Shown here in pieces: positions 26,536-40,450 of a stretch of DNA of 64,000 nt. The notes below the pieces were generated by a model. It searched no databases and was not told the origin of the DNA. It saw nothing but the letters and a program-made list of their open reading frames with translations. The translations under genes were made by a program, and so were the position numbers. Source of the DNA: Dimorphilus gyrociliatus (lineage: Eukaryota; Animalia; Annelida); contig CAJFCJ010000070.1 in NCBI GenBank assembly GCA_904063045.1, positions 200,785-264,784 of the forward strand, written 5' to 3'. How positions within the stretch are numbered: the first letter of the stretch is position 1; every line of letters starts with the position of its first letter.

Positions 26536-27509
26536 ATCATTAAATTCTCCACATTTTCAACAGCACCACTTGGAATATCAATTTCTCTCCAAATATAGAC
26601 CAACAATCTGGTTTATCTAATTATTGATATCTAAAAATTATTTTAAAAATTTGTATTTATTGCAATAGGCGAGCGATATTAGATTACAGATGTTTGGTTT
26701 GATGAATTATACAGCTTTTCACACTGGGTGTTAGGTTGAAAAAGTGAAAATTCTTTAATCAAGTTATAAAAATGATATGGCACAAATACAGGGTTTACAA
26801 ACTACTTGTTTGTTTGTCATTTTGTGAATAAAATGTATAAGACAGCACTTGAGATTGAATTTGGTGAAAATTGTTCATATTTACACTAACCTCAGACCTG
26901 AAAATGTTTGCTAACCAGGCTGGTAGCTAAAACAAAGCTGTTAACTTTTTAAGTACTGGTACCAGTTTTCCCAACCCTATTGATTCTCAATTGTGGAAAA
27001 TTTTATGACAATCTGAGAGGATGTCTGAAACAATCAAACCTCTTATTTAAACTGTCACCAAGTTCAAGTGTGGATATTGTACCTGTGGAGGGTTCAGACA
27101 GAGCCTAATATATCTAAAATTGCATGTAATATCTATATTATTTATATTCCCTAACCCTAAACTGAAAAACCTTTTTGACATAACTAAACACCATCAGGAT
27201 TAATTCATTGTTCTTGTCTTTAACTTGAGACCACTTTTCAGTTCAAAAATTTACATTTTTTATATTTTGCACAGCAGTTCAACCGCATTTTCTGGTCATT
27301 TGAAGGTATTGCTTTCTATATTTCAGATATCTTTGTCCTTAGAATAGAGTTCATGCTTTAGCTTGTTTGAAAGCATTATTACATATATTTCATTCTTTGA
27401 CTTCTTATTCATGTTATGAATGTGTAGGCCTACGAAGTAAAAGTCTTTCTAAAGTAACTAAAGGTAGGTTGCCAAAACTATTATACACATGATCTCATAT
27501 TATAAGCAA

Positions 27510-27542
27510 ATTTAGAGTCCTGGGCCGAAATGTCCTGACCCC
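27510..27542. mobile_element. Second MULE-type terminus (GTCCTGGGCCGAAATGTCCTGACCCC)
   Basis: Shares GACATTTCGGCCCAGGAC with the other terminus. Followed by GGATTTAAC. Confidence 0.65.
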
Positions 27543-27645
27543 GGATTTAACAAGTGCATTTCATCATATTCCAATCAAAGAAGAAGATAAGGAGAAAACT
27601 GCTTTTATTACGCCATTTGGTTTATTTGAATTCAACCGCATGCCT
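27543..27645 (+). pseudogene. Inverted Gypsy RT fragment
   Basis: Translates DLTSAFHHIPIKEEDKEKTAFITPFGLFEFNRMP, the continuation of the minus-strand RT that ends LDLT at about 27802. Confidence 0.85.
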
Positions 27646-27654
27646 TCATTTTTT

Positions 27655-27801
27655 TTGAATGATTTATATATATATATATATGGAACTGCAATTGAAAATT
27701 GCATGTTTTTTCTTGTTATTTTTTTAACATGGGGTGAAATATTTTGGGCAGAAATGTCCCAAAGTGGGCCGAAATGTCCTGGGCCGAAATGTCACTGCAC
27801 C
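27655..27801. mobile_element. MULE-type terminal segment
   Basis: Copy of 22013-22147. Flanked by GTTAAATCC (reverse complement of GGATTTAAC). Confidence 0.7.
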
Positions 27802-28670
27802 GTTAAATCCAATATAGAAAAATATTTGTGGCCTCCTCCAAGCTTATCAAATAAGTCTTCCTGATGTGGGATTGGATAACAATTCTTTTTTGATTGCTTG
27901 TTAAGTTTTCTGTAATCCAGACACATTCTTAATGTTCCTTCTTTCTTTTTCACAAAACAATGGGTGAAGACCATTGCCTTTTGCTTGCTCTAATTAGACC
28001 ATTTTCCAATAATCCATTTAATTGATCCCTGCATTCCTGCTGTTTGTTGAGTGGCAATCTGTATGGTCTTTGTTTGAAAGGCTTTATATCTTCCAATAAT
28101 TCAATTGCCATTGGTGGAACATCTGGTGAACCAATGTCATTCTGATTTGTAGCAATAATATCTTCATAATTCTTTATCATTTCTTTTAATTCTTCTCTGT
28201 TCTTGTCAAGATTATTTTTGGACACATGTAAATAATTGTCAATTTCTAGTGTATTTGAATTAATATTGTGTACATTTTGATTAGACAAATGTTCAAATTC
28301 AATACTTTCCAACTGTAATTCTTCTATTTCAGGAGTTACTGGATTTTTCTTTTGTTCTTTTTCCACTTTGATAGTTATTCCATCTTCTAATTCTATGTAT
28401 TGTGGTTTAATTTCCATTACCATAGCCAAGTCTTCATTTTATTCTTCAGAGGAATTTATGAGAATAACTGAGTCATTGTCAGACTTAGGTATATTTCCAG
28501 TCTCTTCATCAGATGAGTCTATAACAATTATGGAATCATTGTCAGACTCAATTGTGTTACTGGTCTCTTCTTCAGATGAGTCTATAACAATCATTGAATC
28601 ATTATCAGGCTCAGTTATGTTATCAAGCTCTTCCTCAGATGAGTCTATAACAATCATTGAACCATATTCT
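27802..28670 (-). pseudogene. Gypsy fragment: acidic spacer followed by RT N-terminus
   Basis: DNDSIIVIDSSDEE repeats, PQYIELEDGITI, KQRPYRLP...[17 protein letters not shown]...YPIP. Confidence 0.9.
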
Positions 28671-30712
28671 GAGCAAATGTGATGAAATTTTACAAGATAA
28701 ATCTACCAATAAAGTCTCAAATGCTGAAAATATAGATCTAAATCATACAAGAGAAGAGATAGATGTGCAAAATATAATAATGGATGTTGATCATGAAGAA
28801 GTGGTTACCCTTATTGAAACACTGAATTGTGATGCAGAGTACAGGCTTGTTGATAATCTTAGTGAAAGCAGCCCTCTGCATGGAAATACATTACATTTGA
28901 ATGAGAATGATGTCAATATGGAGGAGTCCTTTGAAAGTATACCAGAGGTGAACTATGACAGCAATGGTAAATTCAGAATATTCCCTACAGGAAGTCAAAA
29001 AGGCAAAGAATTACTTGTATCTAATGGTCACTCATTTGTTGTCAAAAGAAAAGACAAGACTTCCATAATTTGGAGATGTGGAGTTAGAAGCAAGAAAATG
29101 AAATGTCCTGCCAGTGTCATTCAAAGAAATAATAACTTCTCTTTGGGGTCTAAATATCATATTCACCCCCCCAAAAAAAATTTAGAACAAATTATTGAAA
29201 TGAAAGTGACAGCAAAACAAAAAGGAAAGACTGACACCAATGTTAGTGGAAAACGAATAGCTGAAAATGTTCTGCTTCCTTTTGCAAATATGGGAAATAT
29301 TGTGAAAGTTGAAAATTGCAAAGAAATGATAAATTACCATAGAAGAAAAAATCATCCCAATGAACCTATTGGAAGAAACTTTCTTATTAATAATTGCTTC
29401 ATTCCTGATGATTTCTTAAAGAAAGATGTCCTTGAAAATAATGAAAGAGTGATTATTTTTTCCACTTCAAAACAACTTAGCTTACTTGCAGTGTCAAAAG
29501 TCTGGTACTTAGATGGAACTTTCAAGATTGTTAAGGACCCATTTACACAGTTATTTTCATTTCACTCATTCCTCAAAAAAGAAGGTGAATTAAAAAAGGT
29601 TCCTCTTCTATATGCATTCATGTCATCAAAAAAGAAAAAAGCATATAATCTGTTATTCAAGGTAGTTCAACTTGAAATTTTCTCTGAAATGCATTTAATA
29701 TTCATTTCACTGTTTTTCAGTGCATTAATCAACTGCTACAATATAAGGAACCAAAAAAGATAGTTATGGATTTTGAAAAAGCTGTTTGGAAAGCTGTATT
29801 AAATAATTGGGAAAATGTAAATCTGTCAGGATGCTTATTCCATTGGAATCAAGCAGTTTATAGAAAAATTCAGGTATTATTCAACCTAAAACTCAAACTG
29901 GAGTCATTTTTAATTTTGTTTTTTTAGGAGCTTGGTTATTCATCAGACTTCAACAAAAAAAATGGACAATGGTTTGAAATGAGACAGCTAATGGCTTTGC
30001 CATTCCTTCCATCTCACATTATTCCAATAGAGTTTATTAAAATTAAGGATTACCTTAAATCAATTGATAAACTTGCTGATTTTATTGATTATTTTGAAAG
30101 AACTTGGATTTTGAATGATGTTTGGTCACCAAAATGTTGGTCTATCTATCAATGTGCAATCAGAACAAATAATGATGTTGAGGGATTTCACAATAGGTTG
30201 AATGGAAATGTTGGAGTGAATGTTTCATTTTATTCTGTGATAGATGAATTGAAAAGGGAAGCAGACCTTATAGCAGCATATCAAAGAATGTTATCAGAAA
30301 AGAAGATATTAAGATACCAAAGAAAGCTTTATAAGAACCTGCAAAATAAAATATTTTCAATTTGGGAAAGATTTGAAAAGCATGAGATTACTTCATCAGA
30401 AGTTCTAGTAAAGTGTTCTGAACTTTATTTAGTAGCTCAATAAATAAATCAATTGTTGTTAAATTGCATGATCTTTTAAGTTGTAGTCTCATAATGTATT
30501 CAACTCTTCAAATAAACACACTTTCAAAATTTCATTCATTTCTTGTTTTATATATTTTAGGTTGAAGAATCCTGTGGCCATTTTCTGTCTCAGTTGGGGC
30601 CGTTTTCTGTTCCAGTTGGGGCCGTTTTCTGTTCAAGTTGAGGCCGTTTTCTGTTGATTTGTGGCCGTTTTCTGTTGGGTCCGTTTTCTGTTGGGGCCGT
30701 TTTCTGTCGTAT
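28657..30712 (+). mobile_element. MULE transposon: FLYWCH plus DDE transposase with two introns and 3' subterminal repeats
   Basis: FLYWCH (WRCGVRSKKMKC...HIH), WYLDGTF, MDFEKA, GCLFHWNQA and RTNNDVEGFH. GT-AG introns at about 29661-29719 and 29874-29928. Confidence 0.9.
30575..30712. repeat. Tandem GGCCGTTTTCTGT subterminal repeats
   Basis: About seven imperfect copies downstream of the transposase stop. Confidence 0.9.
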
Positions 30713-31417
30713 TCATTTTTTAAGAAACAAGCATTGCTTTTTACAGATAATTTGATATTTTGAATGGTTTTAAAACATCATTAACATTAATCAACCAACA
30801 TTCTTCATGGCTTCTTTCCACTTTTCCCCCCTTTATTATCATGCTATCAATGTCAATTGAAATAAACATTGCTGTAAAGTTGCTGTCTGATTGAATGTTT
30901 TCATGAAATCTGTATTTCTTTTTTCAATTTAAAACTTGCATCTAAGTGAATTTCTGATGAAATTTTTACTGTCTAATTGCATTTAAGTGAAAAATACTGA
31001 TGATTTTACTATTTTGGAAGACAAAAGAGAAGAATATAAATGCTTTACAGTGATATTAATTATGATAAATGCATAGTCAATGACAGTTTTATATCTCGTT
31101 AGGTTCTAAGTAATACATATAAATAATTAACCAATGATGCTGTTAGGGGACAGTTGGGTAGAGTTTCTACTCCACTGAAATAAGAATTGAAGTTAATGGT
31201 AACTATTAAAAATTTACTTACTGCACCATTTCATTAATGAAATAGTACAGTTGTCATAAAATGTTCAATTGGGCCTATATACAAGCATATTTCTATTACT
31301 AATTGGGGATACAATAAATTTTGTTAATGGTACTTTTTTTTATATGAATAAGCTTTAGATTTTACCTGAAGAAAAGTTAATTTTTTTCTTGTACATAATT
31401 TATTAGGTCTATCTCCA

Positions 31418-32356
31418 ATGTATTTATTACTCTTTACAGCATCAAGGATGCTGAATGCTAAAACTATTATATTATCATTGATGTACTGTAATCAAATTGT
31501 TGGTTTGTTTTTAAATAGTAATTTAATCCTAATTGGTATAATTACTAAAGACATGTGGAAATTGAAAAATTTTGGTGTGACTGTATTGACTGTTACTGAT
31601 ATTTTATATTCAATAACTATCACTTGTGTCTTTCTTTTGGAAAATAGTCAAAAAAACTATTACCTTTGCCTCATTTCAAGTCAAATGGTCTTTTTGATTG
31701 TTGCAGCATCATCATTCACTGTAACGCTCATTATATTTGAAAAATTTATAGCAATCAAAAATCCTTTTAAATTTCATAAACTATGGACAAGAAAGACGGC
31801 TTTTGTTTTACTTGCCATTGTCTGGCTAATCAGTATAATTGTCAACTCACTTCCGGTTATGGGCTGGAATAAATATAGCAGTGTTTTAAAATCAAATGTT
31901 ACTTTTATATGTGACATTCATACTGTCTTTTCATTCTCGTATTTATACTTTTGGGGACTAATTGTTATTCTTCCTAATACCACTGCCAGTTTATTTTTCT
32001 ATATACCAATATTAAGAGCAGTAAGGAAACACAGAAGAGCAATTTCAGATGTGTCAAATGTTAAAAATATGAAAACCGAAGGGACTAGCATTAGAGTCAT
32101 AACCTATTTATTAATATTCAATTGGCTTTTATGGACTGTGCCAGTTGTAATGTCAATTGTTAATTATTATAGATTGAATGAAGGATACACTCAATTGGGA
32201 CCAAAACTTCAGATAATTACAAATTCAATATCAGCAATTGTTCTTTCAAATTCAACAATAAATCCACTTGTTCATGGTTATACAAAACCATCAGTAAGAA
32301 TCCAAAGCAGGAAATTTTACACAAATCTTCTCAAAAAGATAACTTGTGCAAGATAA
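31418..32356 (+). CDS. Rhodopsin-like class A GPCR (intronless core)
   Basis: Seven hydrophobic segments. TM2 Asp, EKF at the DRY position followed by AI.NP, W in TM4, P in TM5 and TM6, NSTINPLVHGY. Confidence 0.88.
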   Translation: MYLLLFTASRMLNAKTIILSLMYCNQIVGLFLNSNLILIGIITKDMWKLKNFGVTVLTVTDILYSITITCVFLLENSQKNYYLCLISSQMVFLIVAASSFTVTLIIFEKFIAIKNPFKFHKLWTRKTAFVLLAIVWLISIIVNSLPVMGWNKYSSVLKSNVTFICDIHTVFSFSYLYFWGLIVILPNTTASLFFYIPILRAVRKHRRAISDVSNVKNMKTEGTSIRVITYLLIFNWLLWTVPVVMSIVNYYRLNEGYTQLGPKLQIITNSISAIVLSNSTINPLVHGYTKPSVRIQSRKFYTNLLKKITCAR

Positions 32357-32748
32357 ATAATTGGAAAAATTAGAATAACTAAAAGAAACTTTGTCTCCTT
32401 TCTTTGAAACAATTTTCAAAGTAGATTCTTAAAATGAGGCTTGATCTTGAAATTTTATCACCAGTTCCTCTTTTAAAAACAGTGTGAGAAGTAAATGCAG
32501 CTATACATTTTTAGCTCTGATCCTAAGAGGAGAGCCTCCTAAGTAGAAATCAGTTGCTGTATTCTTCCTTCTAACCTTATTTCAATCTAAAACCTAGCCT
32601 TCAAATTTCACATTTGTGAACGTTTTCTGTCGACCCCGAAAAATTACTATCAGAGAAAAGGATCTACAGACATCAAAGAAGACATATGCTGAGAGCCAGA
32701 AGAAAAATTTTGATATATAGGATAATCTATTGGATGACAAAGCATCAT

Positions 32749-32851
32749 TCTATTTGTGTGAGTACTTTGGCAAATTGTTAAATGATTTGGAGAGGACGAA
32801 TTGGATTGTGATGAACTACAAGTTTCAATAATTACAATACAACAAAGTACA
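32749..32851 (+). repeat. 3' fragment of family A LTR
   Basis: TATTTGTGTGAGTACTTTGGCAA...ACAAAGTACA matches 22628-22728. Confidence 0.75.
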
Positions 32852-32865
32852 AATACTTTAATGAT

Positions 32866-33324
32866 TTAATTAAACTTGAAAAATAATTTCCAAAAGTTTG
32901 TAGATATATATACTGATGTCAGAGTTTCTGCTGATAATTCGAAAAAGTTACAAATTCTTCCTAAATCCACAAAACATTTTACGCGAAAAGCTAATTTTAA
33001 CTCTGAAAATTTATCACCATAATATACATCATTGATCAATGGCTGATGAATTAAGGATTTCAAACCAACAGCTATAAGAATAGCAATACAACTACGAGAT
33101 ACATAGATTTTCTGTAAGTCAGTGCACTTCAAAAGCAAGTTTTCCAAATAGATATTCTTGTGATTGGTTAATTTGATATTTAAAGAACAAAAATTGATCA
33201 ATTCAAGAGATTTTGATGAAGATTTTAGACCATGACATATTCTCTCAAAACCTTTACCTGAAATTTTCAAACCATTTTGACTATAGGATTTTAATGATGT
33301 ACATTCTCTGAGCAAATCACCCAA
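32866..33324 (-). pseudogene. RNI-like leucine-rich repeat fragment (NLR-type)
   Basis: LLRECTSLK..ICHGLKSSSKSLELINF..LLLKCTDLQKI repeat pattern. No full gene seen. Confidence 0.45.
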
Positions 33325-34287
33325 ATATAAACATTCTTTTTAACTTGTTTTCAGAGAGTAGCTTTTTATAAATTTTAATTAAATCATACTCAGACTGCCC
33401 TCCAATAGATATTCATTAAACGATTTAAACTACACTCATTACAGTTGACTATTTTAGATATCCAAATGCATTAATATTTACCATCTGCATATTTTATTAT
33501 GAATAACTTATGGGATTTATTAAAAAAAAAGGACAGCATAATGCTGTCCTTTGTCTAATTTTCCCTTCTATATTCCATTCAACTCCTACTCAAAGTTCTT
33601 ACATTTTATGTAATTTTTTCTGAATTACTAAATATATAGGAAACTAAACAACTCATTTACTCAATAAATATTCTTTGGATGAAATACTGGCATTCTGCTT
33701 GTCAAATTGACAATTACTAAGTCAACTATCAACCAAAGTATTCATTAATAATTGAAAATTGTCTTGAACAATTGGTATTCATACTCTGACAAACATACCT
33801 TTTAATGTTTGAACAAGTCAATTCATTAAATTTTCAATGATTTTGTAAAGAGATTCATTTATATTTCATCTATATTCTAATCTTGAACATCAATAATCTT
33901 TAAAAAGATTAATGACTTTTGCACATGACCTATTTTTAAAGGGTACATCTGAGGGAATTCTCTATTGCATGGTGAAAGTGTTTATTTAGATGATTCCACT
34001 ACTTGTAGGTTTGTTTTAACAATCAGATTAAATTATATTTGTTTACTTTTATACTATATCAATAGCATTGATGATGAAGTTATCATCAAGGAAAGCCTAA
34101 CATCACAGAGAGAGAGAGAGAGAGCTAAAGATATAATAAAACTGCTTGAAAACACATTCTAAACATTGTCTGGATTGTTTATTAACTATCACAAATATCC
34201 ATTATCATCTTCTTATCTAAAAAAATGCAATGATTATTTGGTTCGTAAAAGGTCAAGGTCAAGTGAATCAGGGTTACTTATCCTTTT

Positions 34288-35552
34288 TTATGCTATATTT
34301 GTTATATCATAATAACATATTGACATGTTGTTTCCACTGTTGCCAAAGCCATTGATGTATACAGCTTGACAGTAATCAATCCCACAATTACAAGAATAAG
34401 TGCAAAATTGATTATCATCCCCATCAATTAGCTGACAACTGTAGTGTTGCCCATAAAAAACTGGTTCAATTTGTATATCCATTGGTATATAGGCTATAAT
34501 TCCAGTATACGCTAGACTTTTTCTAATATCAATGCAATTTTGTAGATTTTCACCTTTTATTTTTATTTGAAAATTTTGAAAAATAGAATTAACTGAAGGC
34601 CAAGGAATTCTTAATTTGAATATTTGATTATTGATTACAGGAACACAAGTAGAAGGTAATTCACTATCAGTGATAGTTTTCAATTTAATGTTATTCATAC
34701 TTTTAACATCATTGAAAATTGGTCCATTTGTACAAGAGTGAATTATCACATATTGTCGATCCAGTTCAGAATTAATATTACAACTATCAGCTTTTGAATT
34801 CAGTAGACTGCATTGTTTAATCCTATGATCAGGAATGTATGTAATCATATCGCAATTTGATTGATTGTTGCACATAGTTTTACATTCTTGTATACCTTTT
34901 ACTGAGTACATTTCTATTGGTCCACATTGAACTTTGTAACAAGTTTGAGATTTTTGAGCAAGTCTATGATAGGTTACTGTCTCCATCATATTTTCAATAC
35001 CAGTTTCTCTGCAATAATCCGATGATAAAATACATACAGTTGTTGTAAGATTGTACTGCAAACAACTACAATCTGCATTTGACAAACATTTCCTTGTACA
35101 TTCTTTCAAATCAATTCCACTAAATACTGACAAGATGGATGGTAATTCTGTTGCCCTAGTAACTTTTATAAATCCAGGTATAAAAGTGTTGTCATAGAAA
35201 CACTGACCATTGATAAAACAACAACCAAATCGATTGCAATTTGACATGGTTGTTTCAGATGTTCCACATAATTTTGTAGAAATAGTTTGACACTGTTGAT
35301 TATTTATTACAGTATCTGTAAAATGCAGCAAAGAAAAGTACTTGTTATTGTTAAAAACTTTATCAATTTCTCACCGCAGACTCCATCTTTTCGGCCAAAA
35401 TATGTATATTGATCATGATAAACAAAAGCCAAAGGTGCTGAGTATCTATCATCACTATTCAAATGACAACTTAAAGAATTTTTACCATATTCAAATGACC
35501 TGTAAAAAAAATGAACAAGGAAATAAAAATGATGTTTTTCTTTGTCTCTCAA
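34288..35552 (-). CDS. Extracellular protein with trefoil (P-type), two PAN/Apple-like domains and a C-terminal Cys module (3' exons)
   Basis: CGTSETTMSNCNRFGCCF..QCFY (trefoil). ECTRKCLSNADCSCLQY...CIL and ECKTMCNNQSNCDMITY...CSL (PAN). Confidence 0.7.
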
Positions 35553-37199
35553 TCTTCCTTTTATTATTTACTTGCAATTTAAATTTTTAATGCATCGCAA
35601 TTTACAATCTTCCAATGGCAAATTTCCAACAAATACATTAAGACTATTTATTTTGTAACTTTCAACCACTTCAGTAAAGCACACTGTAAATAGGTTAAAA
35701 ACAGAGGAAAATGAGAAAAAAAGGAGAAAGAGAAGATTTTAGGAAAAAAATTTTCTTACTATCATGTCGAGATTGAACATTTTCTAATCTTCCTATCAAA
35801 AATATCAACAAGCAAGAAGTATGTATGATATAGGTCATTGTTTTCTTTCTGTTAGAGTGAGGGAGAAAAGGGGAACTAAGATTACTGCCAAACCCTCTAG
35901 CAACTCTGCTAATAAATTTTCTATGTTCACCTTTAGGCCTAAAGAAATGTAATTTTTTCAACAATGAATTCAAATTAAATAGCCAATCATAGTAGAGAAC
36001 TTTTGTTAATGTAAAGATTTCCTAATAAAAGATGATATTTGATTGCAAAAAGTCTTTAATTGATCTTTCTACAGTTCTTTTTGTTTTCATTGGAAAATTT
36101 TTTAATGGAATTCTGAATATTATAAATAATTAATTATGGTACTGGTTGCTATAGTTTTTTGATTGACCTATATTTCGTATCTGACACAGAAAACATACAA
36201 GGGTGAAAGTGTAGGAATGATGGAAAAATTGTGAGCTAGACAGTATTTGGAAAACAGAAGAGAATATTATGGAAATGAATAGGATGATAATATAAATATA
36301 GGTGTAAATGATAGAAATATGAATGAGAATGCAGATAGTTCAGTTTTCTAGCCATCACTTTATGAGTACTTTATTCATCTTGGCTGAATAAGGATTGGTG
36401 GAAGTTGTATATCAACGTCTCCTTGGCACTGTTGAGGGGTACAACTCCTTTCAATGGATATTGCCCTTCTATTTGTGAGTTGAAAATTATACAAATAAAA
36501 TATTATATCTAAATTTTCCTATATACCAGTTTTTAATTTTATATTTAATACTTTTCACACTGCAATATATAAAAAAGAGATTTGTTAATAAATCAACTAA
36601 TTCTTATTATCGCTCATTTCCTGTTATCACTAGAACAGTTATCTATAGTATATCTACTGACTAGAAATGAAAGTAATATTTGAATAAATTGTTAATGTTT
36701 TTTTTTCTTCTATTTTCAAAATCAATTTATTATGATTAAAAAATGTCAAAAATGCACACGTTGCATAGATTTTTTTACAGGTTTTGTGTTTTTTGGATGA
36801 TATTTGTCTTGTTTATAATATGATACTCTCTTAAGAATTTTCTCAACAACAAACCTGATTGAAAGATGTTTTCTTGCTTTTCTGCAAAAAAATATAATTT
36901 AAAATATATTTAAATGAATTCAAAGTTGCTATATTTGTTTTGTAGAAAGCATAATATAAAATTTGTTTATTTTTTTTGTCATTTAAAATTTAAAATTTTT
37001 TTATTTTTTTTAAAATAATTAAAAAATGGCTTATTAAACAGAAACTACTCTTAATAATTTTTTGAAAATAGATATTAAAATGATCAATGGAAGAGTGTAT
37101 TGTTAAATTGAAGAAAAACAGATGAACTGTTATCAGTATATCATTGATATGAAGTAAATAAAGCTTATAATTACATATTCCAATTTTGTAATAGTAGAT

Positions 37200-40100
37200 C
37201 ATAGTGTTTAGAAGAATACAAATTGTTGATATTATGAAAAATGTATAGAAATATCCTTGAACTATTGAAACAAATTGTATTCTCTGTAATGTGTAGATTC
37301 TATTATTCCAATGGCAATTTATAGATAGTAATTTTTCATTTTCAATAATTGAACAGAGGAATTTGTAATTTGTTTGTAAATATTCAAGTGATTTTAGATT
37401 TTTGATTTTTGTTTCATTGTTAATGAAAATAGCATTTTGTCAATAATAAACATCTTTAAAACTCTTAGATTTTTTAAATATTTAAAACAATGTTCTTCTA
37501 TACTCTCCAAAAGATTTCCATTTAAATATAGGTGTAACACATTTATTAGTTGTTTAAATGCACTTGATAATAGTATCTTAATCCCATTATATGATAAATC
37601 TAAAGTAAGCAGATTAACAAGATTATCCAACCTTGATTTCCCAAAATTAGATATCATATTTCTACTGATATTTAATAATTGTAAATTCTCTGGTACCATT
37701 AGTAGTTGGACACTTGAAAATTGTGTCATTACATTCATGCTAATATCCAAAATATGAATATTTGAATACTGCATTAATGATAATTTCTCTTGGCTTAAAT
37801 TGCACATTCACAAACTTAACTCTGTTAATTCATAATTTGTATTGAGAAGATCAAAACCAAATTGTTGTAATTTAGTAATTTTTAATGATTTTATTGATTT
37901 TGGAATAATGGAAATAGGGTTAGAGCATATCATTTGAAATGGACTTTTACAAATACAAGAATACGGACAATTAAATATTTCGCAAAATGTTTCGTCAGAT
38001 GCGTAAAAACAATCTAAAATTCCATCACATATTTGAGAATCTTTTAAAAATCTTTTCTCTCTGCTACATTTAAATAAACCCTTAGGAAAAAATTTATCTA
38101 TACAGTAAAAAGCAACTACTGTACTGATGGCATTGTAAGAAATTTATCAAAAGTTTTAACAAACTTACCACATAGTTGTTCATCATCTCCCAAAAGACAA
38201 TCAGAAATTCCATTGCAAACCCTTTTTGGTTGAATACAGTAATTGTGTTCTCTATATTTGTATTCCCCACATTTACATTTATTTGACATTGGACAATCTT
38301 TGAGGTCATTTAAAGGTGCAAATGGTTTTGAAAGAAGAAAATCCATGCTATTATATTTCATGGTACATGTTTTATTTCTTTTCAATTGATAATTAAAAAT
38401 AATAGAATTTCTTTTTTTATTATTCTTAAATTTAAAACTGAAAACCAAGTTTCTATTATCTTTACAATTTATAAAAAGTTCATCACTAGAATCATAACAG
38501 TCAATCTTCCAATCACATTGATAAAACTTTGGAATACATTCTGTATTTGAACATTGAAATTGGACTTTTCCACATTTTTTACAATCTTTAAATGTTTCAA
38601 AAATGACAAAAAAAAAATAAATTAATACTAAAACAAAACAAAAAATAATCTATTTATAGAAACTTTTAAAATTTTCATCACTATAATCAAAGCAATCTCT
38701 CTCATTATCACAAAATTTACTACTTTGAATGCAGTTTTCATTATCACACTTCCTGTTTTTTTTTTTGAGGATATAGAAAAATGAAATTTATTCATAGATT
38801 TAAAAATTCAGTGAAAGAATTTTACTTCTCATCTGCTTTACATATTGGAAATGCTAAAAACAAAAAAAGAAGAGAAAAATAGATATAATGATGCTTAATG
38901 ATTAACAGAAAGTGTCTGTCTCTCTGGACAATTTCTGGTAAAAAAGACAATTAAGTACTGCAAAATTCCTTATCTTCATCAAACAAAGAATCATTATGAT
39001 AATCACATATATATAATGGATTAATAGTGTCATTTAGCTTTGTATGTATTATCTGTATAGGACTACAATTCCATTCATCACTTTTATCCAAACAATCAGA
39101 ATATCCATCACATATTGATTTTTTACTAATGCAGTACAAATCAATTTTGCAGATAAATCCATAATTATTGCATTTTGGTAAAGTATTATTTGTACAAATT
39201 TGCAAAACTGGCACATGTGCTTGTCCTTTGTATTTGCCTGAATCTAAAAAAAAAAGGTTAGCATTGTTCGGATGAAAACAAACAATTTTATCTCCGTTCT
39301 CCATTATACCAATGCTGACAAACCTATTTTAATTTGGCATATAAGTTTTGAAAATTTTGATATTGAACAATCCACCCATCTGAATACACTTTCAACAGAG
39401 ATATCTCTATACCATTTCTTCTCAATCTTTATATAAGGGCATAAGTTTTTATGAGTAGATTTCTTAATCTTTTCTTGAAAGTATATGTTGTTATTAGGCC
39501 TACAGAAAAATTTATATATATAGATGTTCTTCTGACTGGTAGTACATCATTACAAACAGCAAATTAAACCAATAGTATCCAATTGTATCGTAAGGTACAT
39601 TAAAGCTATTGACATCAATAGTTCTCCGATTGGATAAAATTTTGTTCATTTTACCTGCAATATTTAATGATAATTGATAGGTTATTGGCTGAAATCAAAC
39701 ATGCACTGACAAACACACCTATAGGAAAACTGCCCCAATTCTTTGAAGCAATATGACCCTGTACAACTGCAAGGAGGAAAGAAATTTGTCTTTTATCTAC
39801 TGGAGATACAACTCCCCCATTTCTTTTACAAATACTAGTTTGCTCTTCATATGTTAATTTTTTACCATATTGATGATAGTATATACAACTATCATCAATA
39901 TGATAAACAAATTTAGTAGTTGGCAGTTGAGGACAAACTGTGAAAAAAAAATAAAAACCAAACATTGACACTGTAAATTTAAATTGATTTATTTTTCAAT
40001 TTAGACTGTTATTTTTACATTTAGTTTCAAGATTATTACAAGCAAGATGTAATGGAATTTGTGATAATTTAAATAGTTTATCATCAAAGAGATTTTGAAA

Positions 40101-40200
40101 GTAACAATTGTCAATATGAGTAGCATTTCTTGGACAAGATATTGAAAACATAAATGGTTTGAAAGCATGACTTTCATTCATTTTAAATATCAAAAATCCA
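37200..40200 (-). pseudogene. Second GRL101-like gene (C-type lectin, LDLa repeats, LRR; 7TM apparently lost after TM1)
   Basis: CTL exons (CIYYHQYGKKLTYEEQTSIC; WVDCSISKFSKLICQ), LDLa (CDGYSDCLDKSDE, CNGISDCLLGDDE), LRR ORF 37394-37807. Confidence 0.7.
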
Positions 40201-40450
40201 TTTTGATAACCTAAAGTCTTACACAGTACCTACAAACAAAAAACAACTCATGAATAACCTAGTTCAATGTTTCAACCATTACTTACTGTAGCCTCATGTT
40301 TCCTAAATCCATATATTGATATATGAAACCATAAATGCCTATACTTTACCTTTAAGATACCTTCTTTCTGTATTGTTAGATTATTAGTCATGCCTGTAGA
40401 TATGATCCTTATGAAATAGCCTAAACTAGAAAAAGAAGATTTTTTTGTAG

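Noticed and set aside
30575-30712. Short regularly spaced repeats that might look like a CRISPR array
   Set aside because: Spacers are only 2-9 nt, there are no cas genes and the context is eukaryotic. They are MULE subterminal repeats.
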